From assembly GCA_963701965.1 (NCBI GenBank), contig OY969695.1:3872001-3936000 (forward strand): a stretch of DNA of 64,000 nt. Direction: 5' to 3'. The stretch is from an uncultured Gemmatimonadales bacterium (GTDB lineage Bacteria; Gemmatimonadota; Gemmatimonadetes; Gemmatimonadales; Gemmatimonadaceae). Each line of letters starts with the position of its first letter. The stretch's first letter is position 1. Under the pieces are notes generated by a model, which worked only from the letters and a program-made list of their open reading frames with translations, was not told where the DNA came from and made no database searches. Position numbers and translations under genes: made by a program. Positions 39,871 to 49,435 of the stretch are shown in pieces.

Positions 39871-40494
39871 TCACGGCGCGAACCCCCCAAGATAGGTCGC
39901 CACGGCTTGTTCGACGCCTGCCGGCGCGTCCCAAACACCGCGGACCACGGCCACTCCGTATGCCCCGGCGTCGCGCAACGCGGCGATGTCGGAGGGCCGA
40001 ACCCCGCCGATCGCGACGACGGGCACACGCGATACGGTGCCAACGGCACGGATAAACGAAAGGCCCCGGCCCCGACCCTCGTGTGAAGGGGTCGCGAACA
40101 CATGTCCGGCCATCACCCAATCGGCGCCGGCCTCGCTCGCCGCGACGGCTTCGTCGGCGGTGTGCACGCTGACCCCGACGCGGAGCGTCGGCGCCACGCG
40201 CCGGACTTCGGCGACGGTCAGCGATCGGCGACCCACCTGCACGCCGAGCGCCCGCGCCGCGCGCGCCACGTCCAACCGGTCGTTGACCACGAGCCACGCG
40301 CCGGCGCCGGCGGCGACCGGCGCTAGCGCCGCCGCGAGACCGTAGACCGTGCGGCCGGGGAGCCCGTGCCCGCGCAGGTGGAGCGCCCCTCGCGACCCCA
40401 GGGTCTGGAGCGCCACCCTCGCCCGCTCCACGAAGTCCGGTGCTTGCACGACGCGATCGTCGGTGACGACGTGCAGCATCGGCGCGACGATCAC
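39871..40494 (-). CDS. thiE: Thiamine-phosphate synthase / TenI family
   Basis: VVNDRLDVA, GVSVH, FATPSH, VAIGGV. May be TenI-like rather than true ThiE. Confidence 0.8.
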   Translation of the reverse strand: MIVAPMLHVVTDDRVVQAPDFVERARVALQTLGSRGALHLRGHGLPGRTVYGLAAALAPVAAGAGAWLVVNDRLDVARAARALGVQVGRRSLTVAEVRRVAPTLRVGVSVHTADEAVAASEAGADWVMAGHVFATPSHEGRGRGLSFIRAVGTVSRVPVVAIGGVRPSDIAALRDAGAYGVAVVRGVWDAPAGVEQAVATYLGGFAP

Positions 40495-41432
40495 GGGCCG
40501 AGCTGATCCCCGATGACGATCGCCCGCCCGCGGGCCCACTCGGCGGGCGTCATGCGCGGCTTGCCCGCCGGTTGGACGTACTGCACGACGATCGCGCCCT
40601 CGCCGCAGGCGACGGTCAGACCGGCATCATCGGCCGCGAGCACGGCGCCCGGTGGATGGCCATCGGCGGCATGGGCCGGGGCGGCTGGCGCGCCAAAGAG
40701 TTTGACCTCGGCGCCGCGCAGTGTCGTGAACGCGCCGGGTTTGGGATCGTAGGCGCGGATGACGCGCGAGACGCGGCTCGCCGGCTGCGTCCAATCGACG
40801 CGCGCATGATCGCGATCCACCTTCGGGGCATACGTGGCCGCCGCCTCGTCCTGGCGCTGCTCGATCGCCACGCCGAGCTGTACGAGGGCCAGGGCCTCGA
40901 TGAGCGCGAGCGCGCCCAACTCGGCCAGTCGCAGCGCCAACTCGCCGTACGTCTCATCGTCGGCGACGGGCGTGGCGCGCCGCAGCAGCATCGGGCCGGC
41001 GTCGAGTGCGGGGACCAGCCGCATGATCGTGACGCCCGTCTCCGTGCATCCGGCGAGGATCGCCGCCTGGATCGGCGCCGCGCCTCGGAGTTGGGGGAGC
41101 AGCGACGCGTGCACGTTGAAGGTGCCGAGCGGCGGCATGTCGATCAGCGCGGTCGACAGGATGCGGCCGTAGGCGACGACGATCGAGATATCGGGTTCCA
41201 AGGCCTCGACCGCGCGCAGAAACTCCGGAGTCCGCGGCTGCTCCGGCTGCAGGACCGGAATGCCTTCTTCGGTCGCGATCGCCTTGACAGGCGAGGGGAC
41301 GAGTCGGGAGCGCGATCGCCCCTGGGCGCGATCCGGTTGCGTAACGACGCCGACGACATCGTGCCCTTCCCCGATGAGGGCCAGGAGCGACGGCGCCGCG
41401 AACTCCGGTGTCCCCCAGAACAGGATGCGCAC
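40491..41432 (-). CDS. fmt: Methionyl-tRNA formyltransferase
   Basis: FWGTPEFA, VVTQPD, VVAYGRIL, NVHASLLP.LRGAAPI. Confidence 0.97.
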   Translation of the reverse strand: MRILFWGTPEFAAPSLLALIGEGHDVVGVVTQPDRAQGRSRSRLVPSPVKAIATEEGIPVLQPEQPRTPEFLRAVEALEPDISIVVAYGRILSTALIDMPPLGTFNVHASLLPQLRGAAPIQAAILAGCTETGVTIMRLVPALDAGPMLLRRATPVADDETYGELALRLAELGALALIEALALVQLGVAIEQRQDEAAATYAPKVDRDHARVDWTQPASRVSRVIRAYDPKPGAFTTLRGAEVKLFGAPAAPAHAADGHPPGAVLAADDAGLTVACGEGAIVVQYVQPAGKPRMTPAEWARGRAIVIGDQLGP

Positions 41433-42017
41433 TTAGAGGTCGTCGGCCGTGCCAGGATCGTCGTCGCGGTGCCGGCGCGAGTCGCGGCCATTCTCTCCGG
41501 GCCGCACGGTGCGGAGCAGGGCAGGATAGGCGCCTTTCTCCTCGTCCCACAGCGCCAACGCCGCCTTTTTCTTGAGCACGCTCAGATAATCGATGAACAG
41601 CTTGCCGTGCAGATGATCGACCTCGTGCTGGATGCAGCGGGCCAGCAACTCGGCCGCCTCGATCTGAAACGGTCGACCCTCGCGATCGAGCGCCCGCACG
41701 ACGACATGCGCGGGGCGCTCCACATCACCGTAGATCTCGGGGATCGACAGACACCCTTCCTCGGCCTTGGCCGACCCCTCCACGTCCACGATCTCCGGGT
41801 TGACGAAGACGAGCGGATGCTGGCGATCCACGTCGATCACCGTCACCCGCTCGAGTCGTCCAACCTGCGGCGCCGCCAACCCGATCCCGTGGGCCGCGTA
41901 CATGGTCTCGAACATGTCGTCGATCAGTCGCTGCAGATCCTGGTCGATCGTCTCCACGGGCGTGGTCTCCTTGCGCAAAACCGGGGACCCCAGCACGTGG
42001 ATATCGAGCAGACTCAT
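41433..42017 (-). CDS. def: Peptide deformylase
   Basis: GIGLAAPQ, EGCLS, QHEVDHL. Confidence 0.97.
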   Translation of the reverse strand: MSLLDIHVLGSPVLRKETTPVETIDQDLQRLIDDMFETMYAAHGIGLAAPQVGRLERVTVIDVDRQHPLVFVNPEIVDVEGSAKAEEGCLSIPEIYGDVERPAHVVVRALDREGRPFQIEAAELLARCIQHEVDHLHGKLFIDYLSVLKKKAALALWDEEKGAYPALLRTVRPGENGRDSRRHRDDDPGTADDL

Positions 42018-42359
42018 GTGCTCGCTCCCGTACCCCCGCTTTTCGCTTCCTGGACGACCGGGGTGGCGATGCGCGCGATGCGCCCGCGCTCGATGATGAG
42101 CCGGGACTCGCCCGACTTGATCGTGATGCGATCCTGGTCGCTGGCGGCCCCGTCGGCGTTCAGCGATTTGATGTGCACGATCTCGCCAATGATCCCGCCG
42201 GCGGTGACGATTTCATCGCCCTTCTTCACGGCGCGGATCGCCGCGTCGTGCTTCTTGCGCTGCTGCTGTTGCGGGCGCAGGAGCACGAAGTAAAAGAATG
42301 GCGAAGATCGCCGCGTACATGATGAGTTGCGGCGCGATCGGATTGGACGCAGAAGTCAT
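42014..42359 (-). CDS. yajC: Preprotein translocase subunit YajC, +1 frameshift near 42297
   Basis: ATG 42359 overlaps the tgt stop. MTSASNPIAPQLIMYAAIFAI continues, after removing one base, as FYFVLLRPQQQQRK...KKGDEIVTAGGIIG. Confidence 0.9.
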
Positions 42360-43489
42360 AGTGAGTGTTCGTAGCGGTCGAGCCAGCGCTCGGCGAAGCA
42401 GCGAAAGGTCCCCGTGGTCACGGCCGCGCGGGCGGACCGGACGAGCGACAGCAGGAAATGTACATTGTGCAGCGAGAGAAGGCGCGGCCCCAGCATCTCA
42501 TCGGATACGAACAGGTGCCGCAAGTACCCGCGCGAGAATCGCCGGCACGTCGGGCAATGGCAGTCCGGGTCGATCGGCCCCGTATCGGTCCGGAGCTCCG
42601 CGTTGCGCACGTTGACGCGCCCATCGTGCGTGAACGCCGTCCCGTTGCGCCCCATCCGGGTCGGGGCGACGCAATCGAACAGATCGATCCCGCGAGCGAT
42701 CCCGGCCAGCAAGTCCTCGGGAAAGCCGACGCCCATCAGGTACCGGGGCCGGTCGCGCGGGACCACCTCTTCCAGTGTATCCAGGACGTCATACATGACA
42801 GGCTTCGCCTCGCCGACGGACAGCCCTCCAATGCCGTAGCCCGGCCAGTCGGCCAGGTCTCTGACCGCTGCCGCCGCTCCGCGGCGCAGCGCCGCATGCG
42901 TGCCGCCCTGAAGCACGGGAAACAGCGCTTGGGTGAGAGGGGGGTCGTAGCCGCCGAGTTGCCCGAACGCGTCGCGGCATCGCGCCAACCAACGCACGCT
43001 CCGCTCGGAGGCTTCGCGGGCGAGCGCCAGGTCCGCCCCGCCGGGCACGACGTGATCGAATTGCATGATGACGTCGGCGCCCAGGGTGCGTTCGATCCCC
43101 ATGACCGACTCGGGCGTGAAGGTGCGGCGCGAGCCGTCGATATGACTCCGAAACTCCACGCCGTCCTCGTCGAGCGTGCGCAGGGTCTCCAAGGAGAACA
43201 CCTGAAATCCGCCTGAATCCGTCAGAATCGGCCCATCCCAGGCCATGAACCAATGGAGCCCGCCCAAGGCCCGCACCACCGCTTCGCCGGGTCGCAGGTG
43301 CAGGTGATAGGCGTTCGCCAGCAGCATGCTGGCGCCGGCCGCCGTCAACTCCGCGGGGTCGAGCGCCTTGACGGTGCCGAGCGTGCCGACGGGCATGAAC
43401 GCGGGCGTCGCCACGGCACCGTGCGGGGTCGCAAACGTCCCCGCCCGCGCCGCGCCGTCGCGGGCCTCAATGGCGAAGGTAAACGTCAC
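42356..43489 (-). CDS. tgt: Queuine tRNA-ribosyltransferase
   Basis: TPAFMPVGT, LTDSGGFQVFS, QGG, GGLSVGE, FDCV.PTR, CxCxxC. Confidence 0.97.
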   Translation of the reverse strand: MTFTFAIEARDGAARAGTFATPHGAVATPAFMPVGTLGTVKALDPAELTAAGASMLLANAYHLHLRPGEAVVRALGGLHWFMAWDGPILTDSGGFQVFSLETLRTLDEDGVEFRSHIDGSRRTFTPESVMGIERTLGADVIMQFDHVVPGGADLALAREASERSVRWLARCRDAFGQLGGYDPPLTQALFPVLQGGTHAALRRGAAAAVRDLADWPGYGIGGLSVGEAKPVMYDVLDTLEEVVPRDRPRYLMGVGFPEDLLAGIARGIDLFDCVAPTRMGRNGTAFTHDGRVNVRNAELRTDTGPIDPDCHCPTCRRFSRGYLRHLFVSDEMLGPRLLSLHNVHFLLSLVRSARAAVTTGTFRCFAERWLDRYEHSL

Positions 43490-44508
43490 ACGATCGCCAT
43501 GGCGTCGCCGTAGGAGTAGAACCGGTATCCCGCGGCGACGGCGTCGGCGTAGGCGCGCATCGTCAGATCGTAACCCGCGAGCGCGGCGACCAGCATCAGG
43601 AGAGTCGAGCGCGGGAGATGAAAGTTCGTGATGAGCTTGTCCACGACCCGCCAGCGGTAGGGCGGCCGGATGAAGAGACGCGTCTCTCCGGGGCCGGGGC
43701 CCGTGGCGCTTTCCAGCGTGCGCGCCGTCGTCGTTCCCACGGCCCACACCGCCGCGCCCCGGGCTTTGGCGCCGTCGATCGCGGCGAGCGTCTCCGGCGG
43801 GATGAAGTACTGCTCTTCATGCATCGCGTGGTCGGCGGGGTCGTCGGTCTCCACCGGCTTGAACGTCCCCGCGCCCACATGGAGCACGATCTCGGCGCGT
43901 TCGACGCCTCGCCGCGCGAGCGCGTCGAGTAGCGCCGGCGTAAAGTGTAAGCCAGCCGTCGGCGCCGCGACGGAGCCGTCCTCTCGCGCGTAGACCGTTT
44001 GATAGCGCGTACGGTCTTCCTCGCACGGCGCCCGCGTGATATACGGCGGCAACGGGACCGCACCATAGCGCTCCAGCGCCGCGGGCGCGGCGAGCGTCGT
44101 GTGCAATCGCACGATCCGGGTGCGCCGGTCCGTGACGCTTTCGATCTCGACGTCGAGATCGGGCGCCACGTGTACCATTCGGCCGGCGTGCAGTTTGCCG
44201 CCGGGATGGACCAGCGCCTCGAAGCGGGAGGCGTCGATCTGCCGCAGCAGGAAGACCTCGGCCGGGGCGCCCGAATCGCGGCGTCCGAGGAGGCGCGCGC
44301 GAATGACGCGGGTGGTGTTGACGATCAAGAGATCGCCGGGCGCCAGGAGATCGGGCAACTCGCGAAATGCCCGGTGCCCAATCGTCCCCCGCGACCGGTC
44401 GACGACCATCAGGCGGCTCGCGTCGCGCGGTTCGACGGGGGTCTGGGCAATACGCTCCGGCGGTAGCGCGTAGTCGTAGTCGGCCGTGCGGGTCCCGTCA
44501 GCCGTCAG
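43486..44508 (-). CDS. queA: S-adenosylmethionine:tRNA ribosyltransferase-isomerase
   Basis: [50 protein letters not shown]. Start placed at a putative CTG at 44508. Confidence 0.95.
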   Translation of the reverse strand: MTADGTRTADYDYALPPERIAQTPVEPRDASRLMVVDRSRGTIGHRAFRELPDLLAPGDLLIVNTTRVIRARLLGRRDSGAPAEVFLLRQIDASRFEALVHPGGKLHAGRMVHVAPDLDVEIESVTDRRTRIVRLHTTLAAPAALERYGAVPLPPYITRAPCEEDRTRYQTVYAREDGSVAAPTAGLHFTPALLDALARRGVERAEIVLHVGAGTFKPVETDDPADHAMHEEQYFIPPETLAAIDGAKARGAAVWAVGTTTARTLESATGPGPGETRLFIRPPYRWRVVDKLITNFHLPRSTLLMLVAALAGYDLTMRAYADAVAAGYRFYSYGDAMAIV

Positions 44509-45533
44509 AACAACTCCGACTGGGCGCGCGGATCGGCCGACACCGTGTACCCGAAGTGACGCAACGCCAAGGCCGTGGCTTGCCGGCCCCGCGCCGTCCG
44601 CTGCAAGAACCCGTTCAACACCAGAAACGGCTCGTACACCTCTTCGATGGTCTCGGCATCCTCGCCGACCGCCGCCGCCACCGTGCCCAGTCCCACCGGC
44701 CCACCGCCGAACTTGTCGATGATGGTCTTGAGGATTCGCGCGTCCATGTCGTCGAGCCCCAGCTGGTCGACGTCCAACATCGCCAGCGCATCGGCGGCCA
44801 CCGCCTGGGTGATGCGGCCATCGGCGCGAATCTGCGCATAGTCGCGCACGCGGCGCAGCAAGCGATTGGCGACGCGGGGCGTGCCGCGCGACCGGCGCGC
44901 GATCTCGTGCGCGCCGCCGGGTTCGATCGGCACCTCCAGCACGTCGGCGGTGCGCCGCACGATGTGCTCCAGATCGGCGTCGGGGTAGTAGTTGAGTCGG
45001 AGCTCGATACCGAACCGGGCCTTGAGCGGCGCCGTCATCATCCCCAGCCGCGTCGTCGCGCCGACGAGCGTGAACGGCTCGATCTGCATCGGCATCGTGC
45101 GCGCGTGGGGCCCGTCCGACAGGCGGATCTCGAACTTGAAGTCCTCCATGGCCGGGTACAGAAACTCTTCGATGATCGGCCGCAACCGGTGGATCTCGTC
45201 GATAAACAGGACATCGCGCTCGCGCAGATTGCTCAGCGTGCTGACGAGATCCAATGGCTTTTCGATCGTGGGGCCGGACTTGATGTAGATGTTCGCGCCC
45301 AGCTCACGGGCGATCAGCTCGGCCAGGGTCGTCTTGCCGAGGCCCGGTGGCCCATGGAACAGCGTATGGTCGAGCGGCTCCTGCCGCGCCAGAGCCGCGT
45401 CAATGCCGATCCGTAAGGCGTCCTTCGCCTTCTGCTGTCCGATGAACTCCGCCAGCCGCCGCGGACGCAACGACAGCTCGACGACTCCCTCGTCGGGGAG
45501 CTCCTGCGGCGTGGTGATCTCGGCGCGCGCCAT
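44505..45533 (-). CDS. ruvB: Holliday junction branch migration ATPase RuvB
   Basis: [38 protein letters not shown]. Confidence 0.97.
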   Translation of the reverse strand: MARAEITTPQELPDEGVVELSLRPRRLAEFIGQQKAKDALRIGIDAALARQEPLDHTLFHGPPGLGKTTLAELIARELGANIYIKSGPTIEKPLDLVSTLSNLRERDVLFIDEIHRLRPIIEEFLYPAMEDFKFEIRLSDGPHARTMPMQIEPFTLVGATTRLGMMTAPLKARFGIELRLNYYPDADLEHIVRRTADVLEVPIEPGGAHEIARRSRGTPRVANRLLRRVRDYAQIRADGRITQAVAADALAMLDVDQLGLDDMDARILKTIIDKFGGGPVGLGTVAAAVGEDAETIEEVYEPFLVLNGFLQRTARGRQATALALRHFGYTVSADPRAQSELF

Positions 45534-45570
45534 GGCACTCGAATATAAACCGAAGCGACGCGAAGCGGTT

Positions 45571-46752
45571 CTATGTCCGCTGGCCGACCTCCAGTCCGGC
45601 CAGGCGCTCCGCCGCCCGCTCCAGCGTCTCGCGCCGTTTGCAGAACGCGAACCGCACGATCGACCGTCCCAGCGTCTTGTCGTGGAAAAAGCTGGAGCCG
45701 GGCACCGACGCCACGCCGCCTTCGCGGGCCAGCCAGGTCGCGAAGGTGGTGTCGTCGTCCGACGACAGGGCCGAGAAGTCCGCCATGATGTAATAGGCGC
45801 CCGCTGGCTCCGTGAACGCGAAGCCGGCCGCGCGCAACGCGGCGGTCAGGACGCCGCGCCGCGCGCGGTAGTCGTTCGCCATATGGTTGAAGTAGTCCGC
45901 GTCGAACGCCAGGCCGACCGCGCCGGCAGCCTGCAGCGGCGCCGGCGCGCCGACCGTCAGGAAATCGTGGATTTTCCGGATCGCGTCCGTGGCCCGGCGC
46001 GGCGCGATGACGTAGCCCAACCGCCATCCCGTGCAGCTGAACGTCTTGGAGAGCCCGGAGATGGTCACCGTCCGCTCGCGCATCCCGTCGAAGGTCGCCA
46101 GCGGGTGGTGGTGCCCGCTGTACAGGATGTGTTCGTAGATCTCGTCCGTGAACGCCCACACATCGTGCTCCTGGCACAGCGCCGCGATCACCGCCAACTC
46201 ATCGCGCGTGAACACCCGTCCGCTGGGATTGTGCGGGGTGTTGACGACGATGGCTTTCGTGCGCGGCGAGAACGCGGCCCGCAACCGGTCGAGGTCCAGG
46301 CGCCAATCGGGAGGCTCGAGCGGAACGAAGACCGGCTTGGCGCCGGCCAGGATCGCATCCGGTCCGTAGTTCTCGTAGAACGGCTCGAAGACGATGACCT
46401 CGTCCCCGGGATCGATCATGGCCAGAAACGTGGCCGCCATGGCTTCCGTCGCGCCGCACGTGACGGTGATCTCCGTGTCGGGGTCGACCGGCATGTCATA
46501 CCACCGGCGGTACTTCTCGGCGATCGCCAGCCGGAGCGCCGAGGCGCCCCAGGTGATCGCGTACTGGTTGATGTCCCCGTGAATCGCCGCGCACGCCGCG
46601 TCCTTCATGGGTGCCGGCATCGGAAAATCCGGAAATCCCTGCGCCAGGTTGATCGCGCCGTAGCGCTGCGCGACCCGCGTCATCTCGCGGATCACGGACT
46701 CCGAGAACGTGCCGGCGCGTTGCGCGTGCACGGCGCTGCCCGCATTGCTCAC
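45571..46752 (-). CDS. Class I/II PLP-dependent aminotransferase
   Basis: [34 protein letters not shown]. Confidence 0.93.
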   Translation of the reverse strand: MSNAGSAVHAQRAGTFSESVIREMTRVAQRYGAINLAQGFPDFPMPAPMKDAACAAIHGDINQYAITWGASALRLAIAEKYRRWYDMPVDPDTEITVTCGATEAMAATFLAMIDPGDEVIVFEPFYENYGPDAILAGAKPVFVPLEPPDWRLDLDRLRAAFSPRTKAIVVNTPHNPSGRVFTRDELAVIAALCQEHDVWAFTDEIYEHILYSGHHHPLATFDGMRERTVTISGLSKTFSCTGWRLGYVIAPRRATDAIRKIHDFLTVGAPAPLQAAGAVGLAFDADYFNHMANDYRARRGVLTAALRAAGFAFTEPAGAYYIMADFSALSSDDDTTFATWLAREGGVASVPGSSFFHDKTLGRSIVRFAFCKRRETLERAAERLAGLEVGQRT

Positions 46753-47330
46753 GACGATCCCCCCGCCAAGGTCTTGATGGCTTGTCTCAGTTTTTCCGCC
46801 GTTGTCCCGCCGGTCGAAGCCCGCACCGCCCGTTCGGCATCCGCGCGCGCGTAGCCCAGCGATACCAGGCCACGAATGGCGTCGTCGAATGGCCCGTCGC
46901 CGCGCGGCGGCGCGCTCACGACGACGAGATCGTCCAATTTATCGGCGAGATCGAGGACGATCTGCTCGGCTTTCTTTCGTCCCACCCGCGGCACGGTCTG
47001 CAGCGTGGCGACATCCTTTTCCCGGATGACGCGGACCAGCCGGTCGGCAGTCAGCGAGGACAGCATGGCCAGGGCCAGGGCCGGCCCGACGCCCTTTGCG
47101 CCCAACAGTGCGCGAAAGACCGTCCGGTCGGCGGCCGTCGCGAACCCGTACAGCTGCCAGGCGTCTTCCTTCACCACCAGATGGGTGAACAGGGCGACGT
47201 CCTCGCCGACGGCCGGCAGCGTTTCGGCCACGCCGAGCGGCACGGCGACCTCGTACCCGAGGCCGGCGGCCACGATCTCGACGCGTTCGATGTCCTTCGC
47301 CACCAGGCGGCCCGCGATGCGCGCGATCAT
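46749..47330 (-). CDS. ruvA: Holliday junction DNA-binding protein RuvA
   Basis: MIARIAG, GLGYEV, LYGF, GVGPALA, VPRVGRKKA, LVSLGY. Confidence 0.95.
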   Translation of the reverse strand: MIARIAGRLVAKDIERVEIVAAGLGYEVAVPLGVAETLPAVGEDVALFTHLVVKEDAWQLYGFATAADRTVFRALLGAKGVGPALALAMLSSLTADRLVRVIREKDVATLQTVPRVGRKKAEQIVLDLADKLDDLVVVSAPPRGDGPFDDAIRGLVSLGYARADAERAVRASTGGTTAEKLRQAIKTLAGGSS

Positions 47331-47803
47331 GCGCGCAGGCACCCGGTGAGCGCGGCCGCGACCCCGTCCGACGCGTCGGACGGTTGGGGGGCGCTCTCGA
47401 GGCGGAGGAGCCGCATGATCATCACCTGGACTTGCTCCTTGGTGGCATTGCCGGTGCCGGTGACGGCCTTCTTGATCTCCCGCGGCGGAAACTCCTGCAC
47501 GACGAGGCCGGCCTGCGCACCCGCGAGCAGGATGACCCCTCGCGCATGTCCGAGAACGACGGTGGTACGGACGTTCTTCGCGTAGAACACATCCTCGACC
47601 GCCAGCGCTTGCGGCGCGTGGCGGTCGATCAACGCGCGCACGCCCTCGTAGATGTCCCGGAGCCGCGTGGGCAGCAATGCGCTGGACGACGTACGGATCA
47701 CGCCGCACTCGACGAGCGAAGGCATGCTGGCCGGCGGGCCATCGCGCCGCACGACACCGTACCCGGTGACAGCCGTGCCGGGATCGAGCCCCAAGACGAT
47801 CAC
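47327..47803 (-). CDS. ruvC: Crossover junction endodeoxyribonuclease RuvC
   Basis: LGLDPG...GYG, AVEDVF, LGHARGV, KKAVTG.GNA.K.QV, DASD. Confidence 0.96.
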   Translation of the reverse strand: MIVLGLDPGTAVTGYGVVRRDGPPASMPSLVECGVIRTSSSALLPTRLRDIYEGVRALIDRHAPQALAVEDVFYAKNVRTTVVLGHARGVILLAGAQAGLVVQEFPPREIKKAVTGTGNATKEQVQVMIMRLLRLESAPQPSDASDGVAAALTGCLRA

Positions 47804-47822
47804 CGGCCGGCAGTCGATGGGA

Positions 47823-48566
47823 CTAGGCGCCGGCCAAGTCCGGCACGTCCATATCGAAGTTCGCCTCGACTTTTTGCACGTCGTCGAGGTCTTCGAGCTC
47901 CTCGAGCAGTTTGAGCAGCGACTCGGCGGTCTTGCCTTCGACGCGCACGGTGTTCTTGGGCACCCACGACACCTCGGCGCCCTGGGTCTGGATTCCCCGC
48001 GCCTCCAATGCCGATTTGACGTTGACGAGGGTCGAAGGATCGGTCGTCACGATGTACTGATCGCCTTCCCGCTGCACATCCTCGGCTCCGGCGTCGAGCG
48101 CGGCCTCGTAGGTCGCGTCTTCCTCGTGCGCCGCCGCCTCGATGGCGATCTGCCCTTTGCGATCGAACATCCAGGCCACCGAGTTGGTGGCGCCCAGGTT
48201 GCCCCCGCCGCGGGACAGCTTGTGCCGGACTTCGGCGACAGTGCGCGTCGCGTTGTCGGTGACCGCCTGAATGATCAGGGCCACGCCTCCGGGTCCAAAG
48301 CCCTCGTACATGACGTCGGTGTAGTCGACGCCCTCGAGCTCTCCCGTTCCCTTCTTGACGGCCCGCTCGATGTTGTCTTTGGGCATCGACGCCGCCCGGG
48401 CGCTTTCGATCGCCGTCCTGAGCCGCGGGTTTCCGGCGGGATCGCCGCCCCCCTGCTTGGCGGCGATCGTGATCTCACGAATCAGCTTCGTGAAGTGGGC
48501 CCCGCGCTTGGCGTCGGCCGCCGCCTTGTAGTGCTTGATCTGCTTCCACTTACTGTGCCCGGCCAT
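47823..48566 (-). CDS. yebC: YebC/PmpR family protein
   Basis: MAGHSKW..IK, GGGDP..NPRL, YEGFGPGG, DDVQ.V; upstream of ruvC. Confidence 0.96.
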   Translation of the reverse strand: MAGHSKWKQIKHYKAAADAKRGAHFTKLIREITIAAKQGGGDPAGNPRLRTAIESARAASMPKDNIERAVKKGTGELEGVDYTDVMYEGFGPGGVALIIQAVTDNATRTVAEVRHKLSRGGGNLGATNSVAWMFDRKGQIAIEAAAHEEDATYEAALDAGAEDVQREGDQYIVTTDPSTLVNVKSALEARGIQTQGAEVSWVPKNTVRVEGKTAESLLKLLEELEDLDDVQKVEANFDMDVPDLAGA

Positions 48567-48573
48567 TCTTGAA

Positions 48574-49389
48574 CTATAACAGATCCTCGAACCGCATCCA
48601 CTGTTTGTAGAAGTACAGGTCGACGTACCCGGTCTGCCCCCCGCGGTTCTTCAAGGCGGAGAGCTCCGTGGCTCCTTCCACCGCCTGTCCACCGCCGTAC
48701 ATCTCCTCCCGAAAGAGGCCGAGGACGATATCGGCGTGCTGTTTGACCGCCTGATGCGGGCCGAAATCATCGAGCGTAGGGCGCGGGTCCGGCCGATGGC
48801 GCTCGAACCCCGGCAAGTGCGCGCTCACCAGCAGGACCAACCCCAAGTCCAGCGCCAGCGCCTTGAGCGGCCGGAGCGCGGCCTCGCTTTCGGCCAACCC
48901 TTGCAACGCATCGATGACGACGAGCCGCGTCCCCGGCACGGCGCGCACGGCCTCGGTCAGCGCGCCGAGATCCAATGGCAGGCGGTCGACAATGGTCGCC
49001 ACATCGCGGAGGCGCAGGGACGCCGCACCGGCGCCGGCCCGCGTGACGTCATCCAAAGCCCCGCGCCGCAGATCATCGACTCGCGCCCGGCCCTCCATGG
49101 CCAGCATGCGTTCATGGAGCCGATCCGGCGTCATCTCCGCCGACAGAAACCGGACGGCGTGCCCTCCGGCCGCCGCGTTCAAGGCCACGGAGAGGGCGAA
49201 AGCCGACTTGCCGCTGCCAATGTCGCCGCCGAGGACCACGAGGTCGCCACTGCGGAGGCCGCCGCCGAGGAGCCGGTCGACGCTCGGGAAGCCCGTGGGG
49301 ATGGTATCGGCGGGCGGGGCTCCGTCGGCCAGCGCGTCGATCCGGCGCATAAGCTGGGAGAGGGGGGAGATGTCGGGCGGTCGGGTCAC
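48574..49389 (-). CDS. DnaB-like helicase C-terminal (RecA-fold) domain-only protein
   Basis: IPTGF..VD.LLGGG, GDIGSGKS, FLSAEM, LVVIDALQ, KNRGG.TG. Start position uncertain. Confidence 0.82.
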   Translation of the reverse strand: MTRPPDISPLSQLMRRIDALADGAPPADTIPTGFPSVDRLLGGGLRSGDLVVLGGDIGSGKSAFALSVALNAAAGGHAVRFLSAEMTPDRLHERMLAMEGRARVDDLRRGALDDVTRAGAGAASLRLRDVATIVDRLPLDLGALTEAVRAVPGTRLVVIDALQGLAESEAALRPLKALALDLGLVLLVSAHLPGFERHRPDPRPTLDDFGPHQAVKQHADIVLGLFREEMYGGGQAVEGATELSALKNRGGQTGYVDLYFYKQWMRFEDLL

Positions 49390-49435
49390 GTGTGGTAGAC
49401 GAAGATCCACCCCTAGGTGTTTTGTTTTTGCGGGG

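Noticed and set aside
2161..42300. Programmed frameshifting or true pseudogenes for glcD, the GH18/GT2 fusion and yajC
   Set aside because: There are no slippery heptamers, the genes are otherwise intact, and all three breaks share one sequence context. A systematic read error is more parsimonious, though unproven.
48574..49389. Prophage or plasmid replication module suggested by the DnaB-like gene
   Set aside because: No integrase, primase, structural genes or att-like repeats; the flanks are housekeeping genes.
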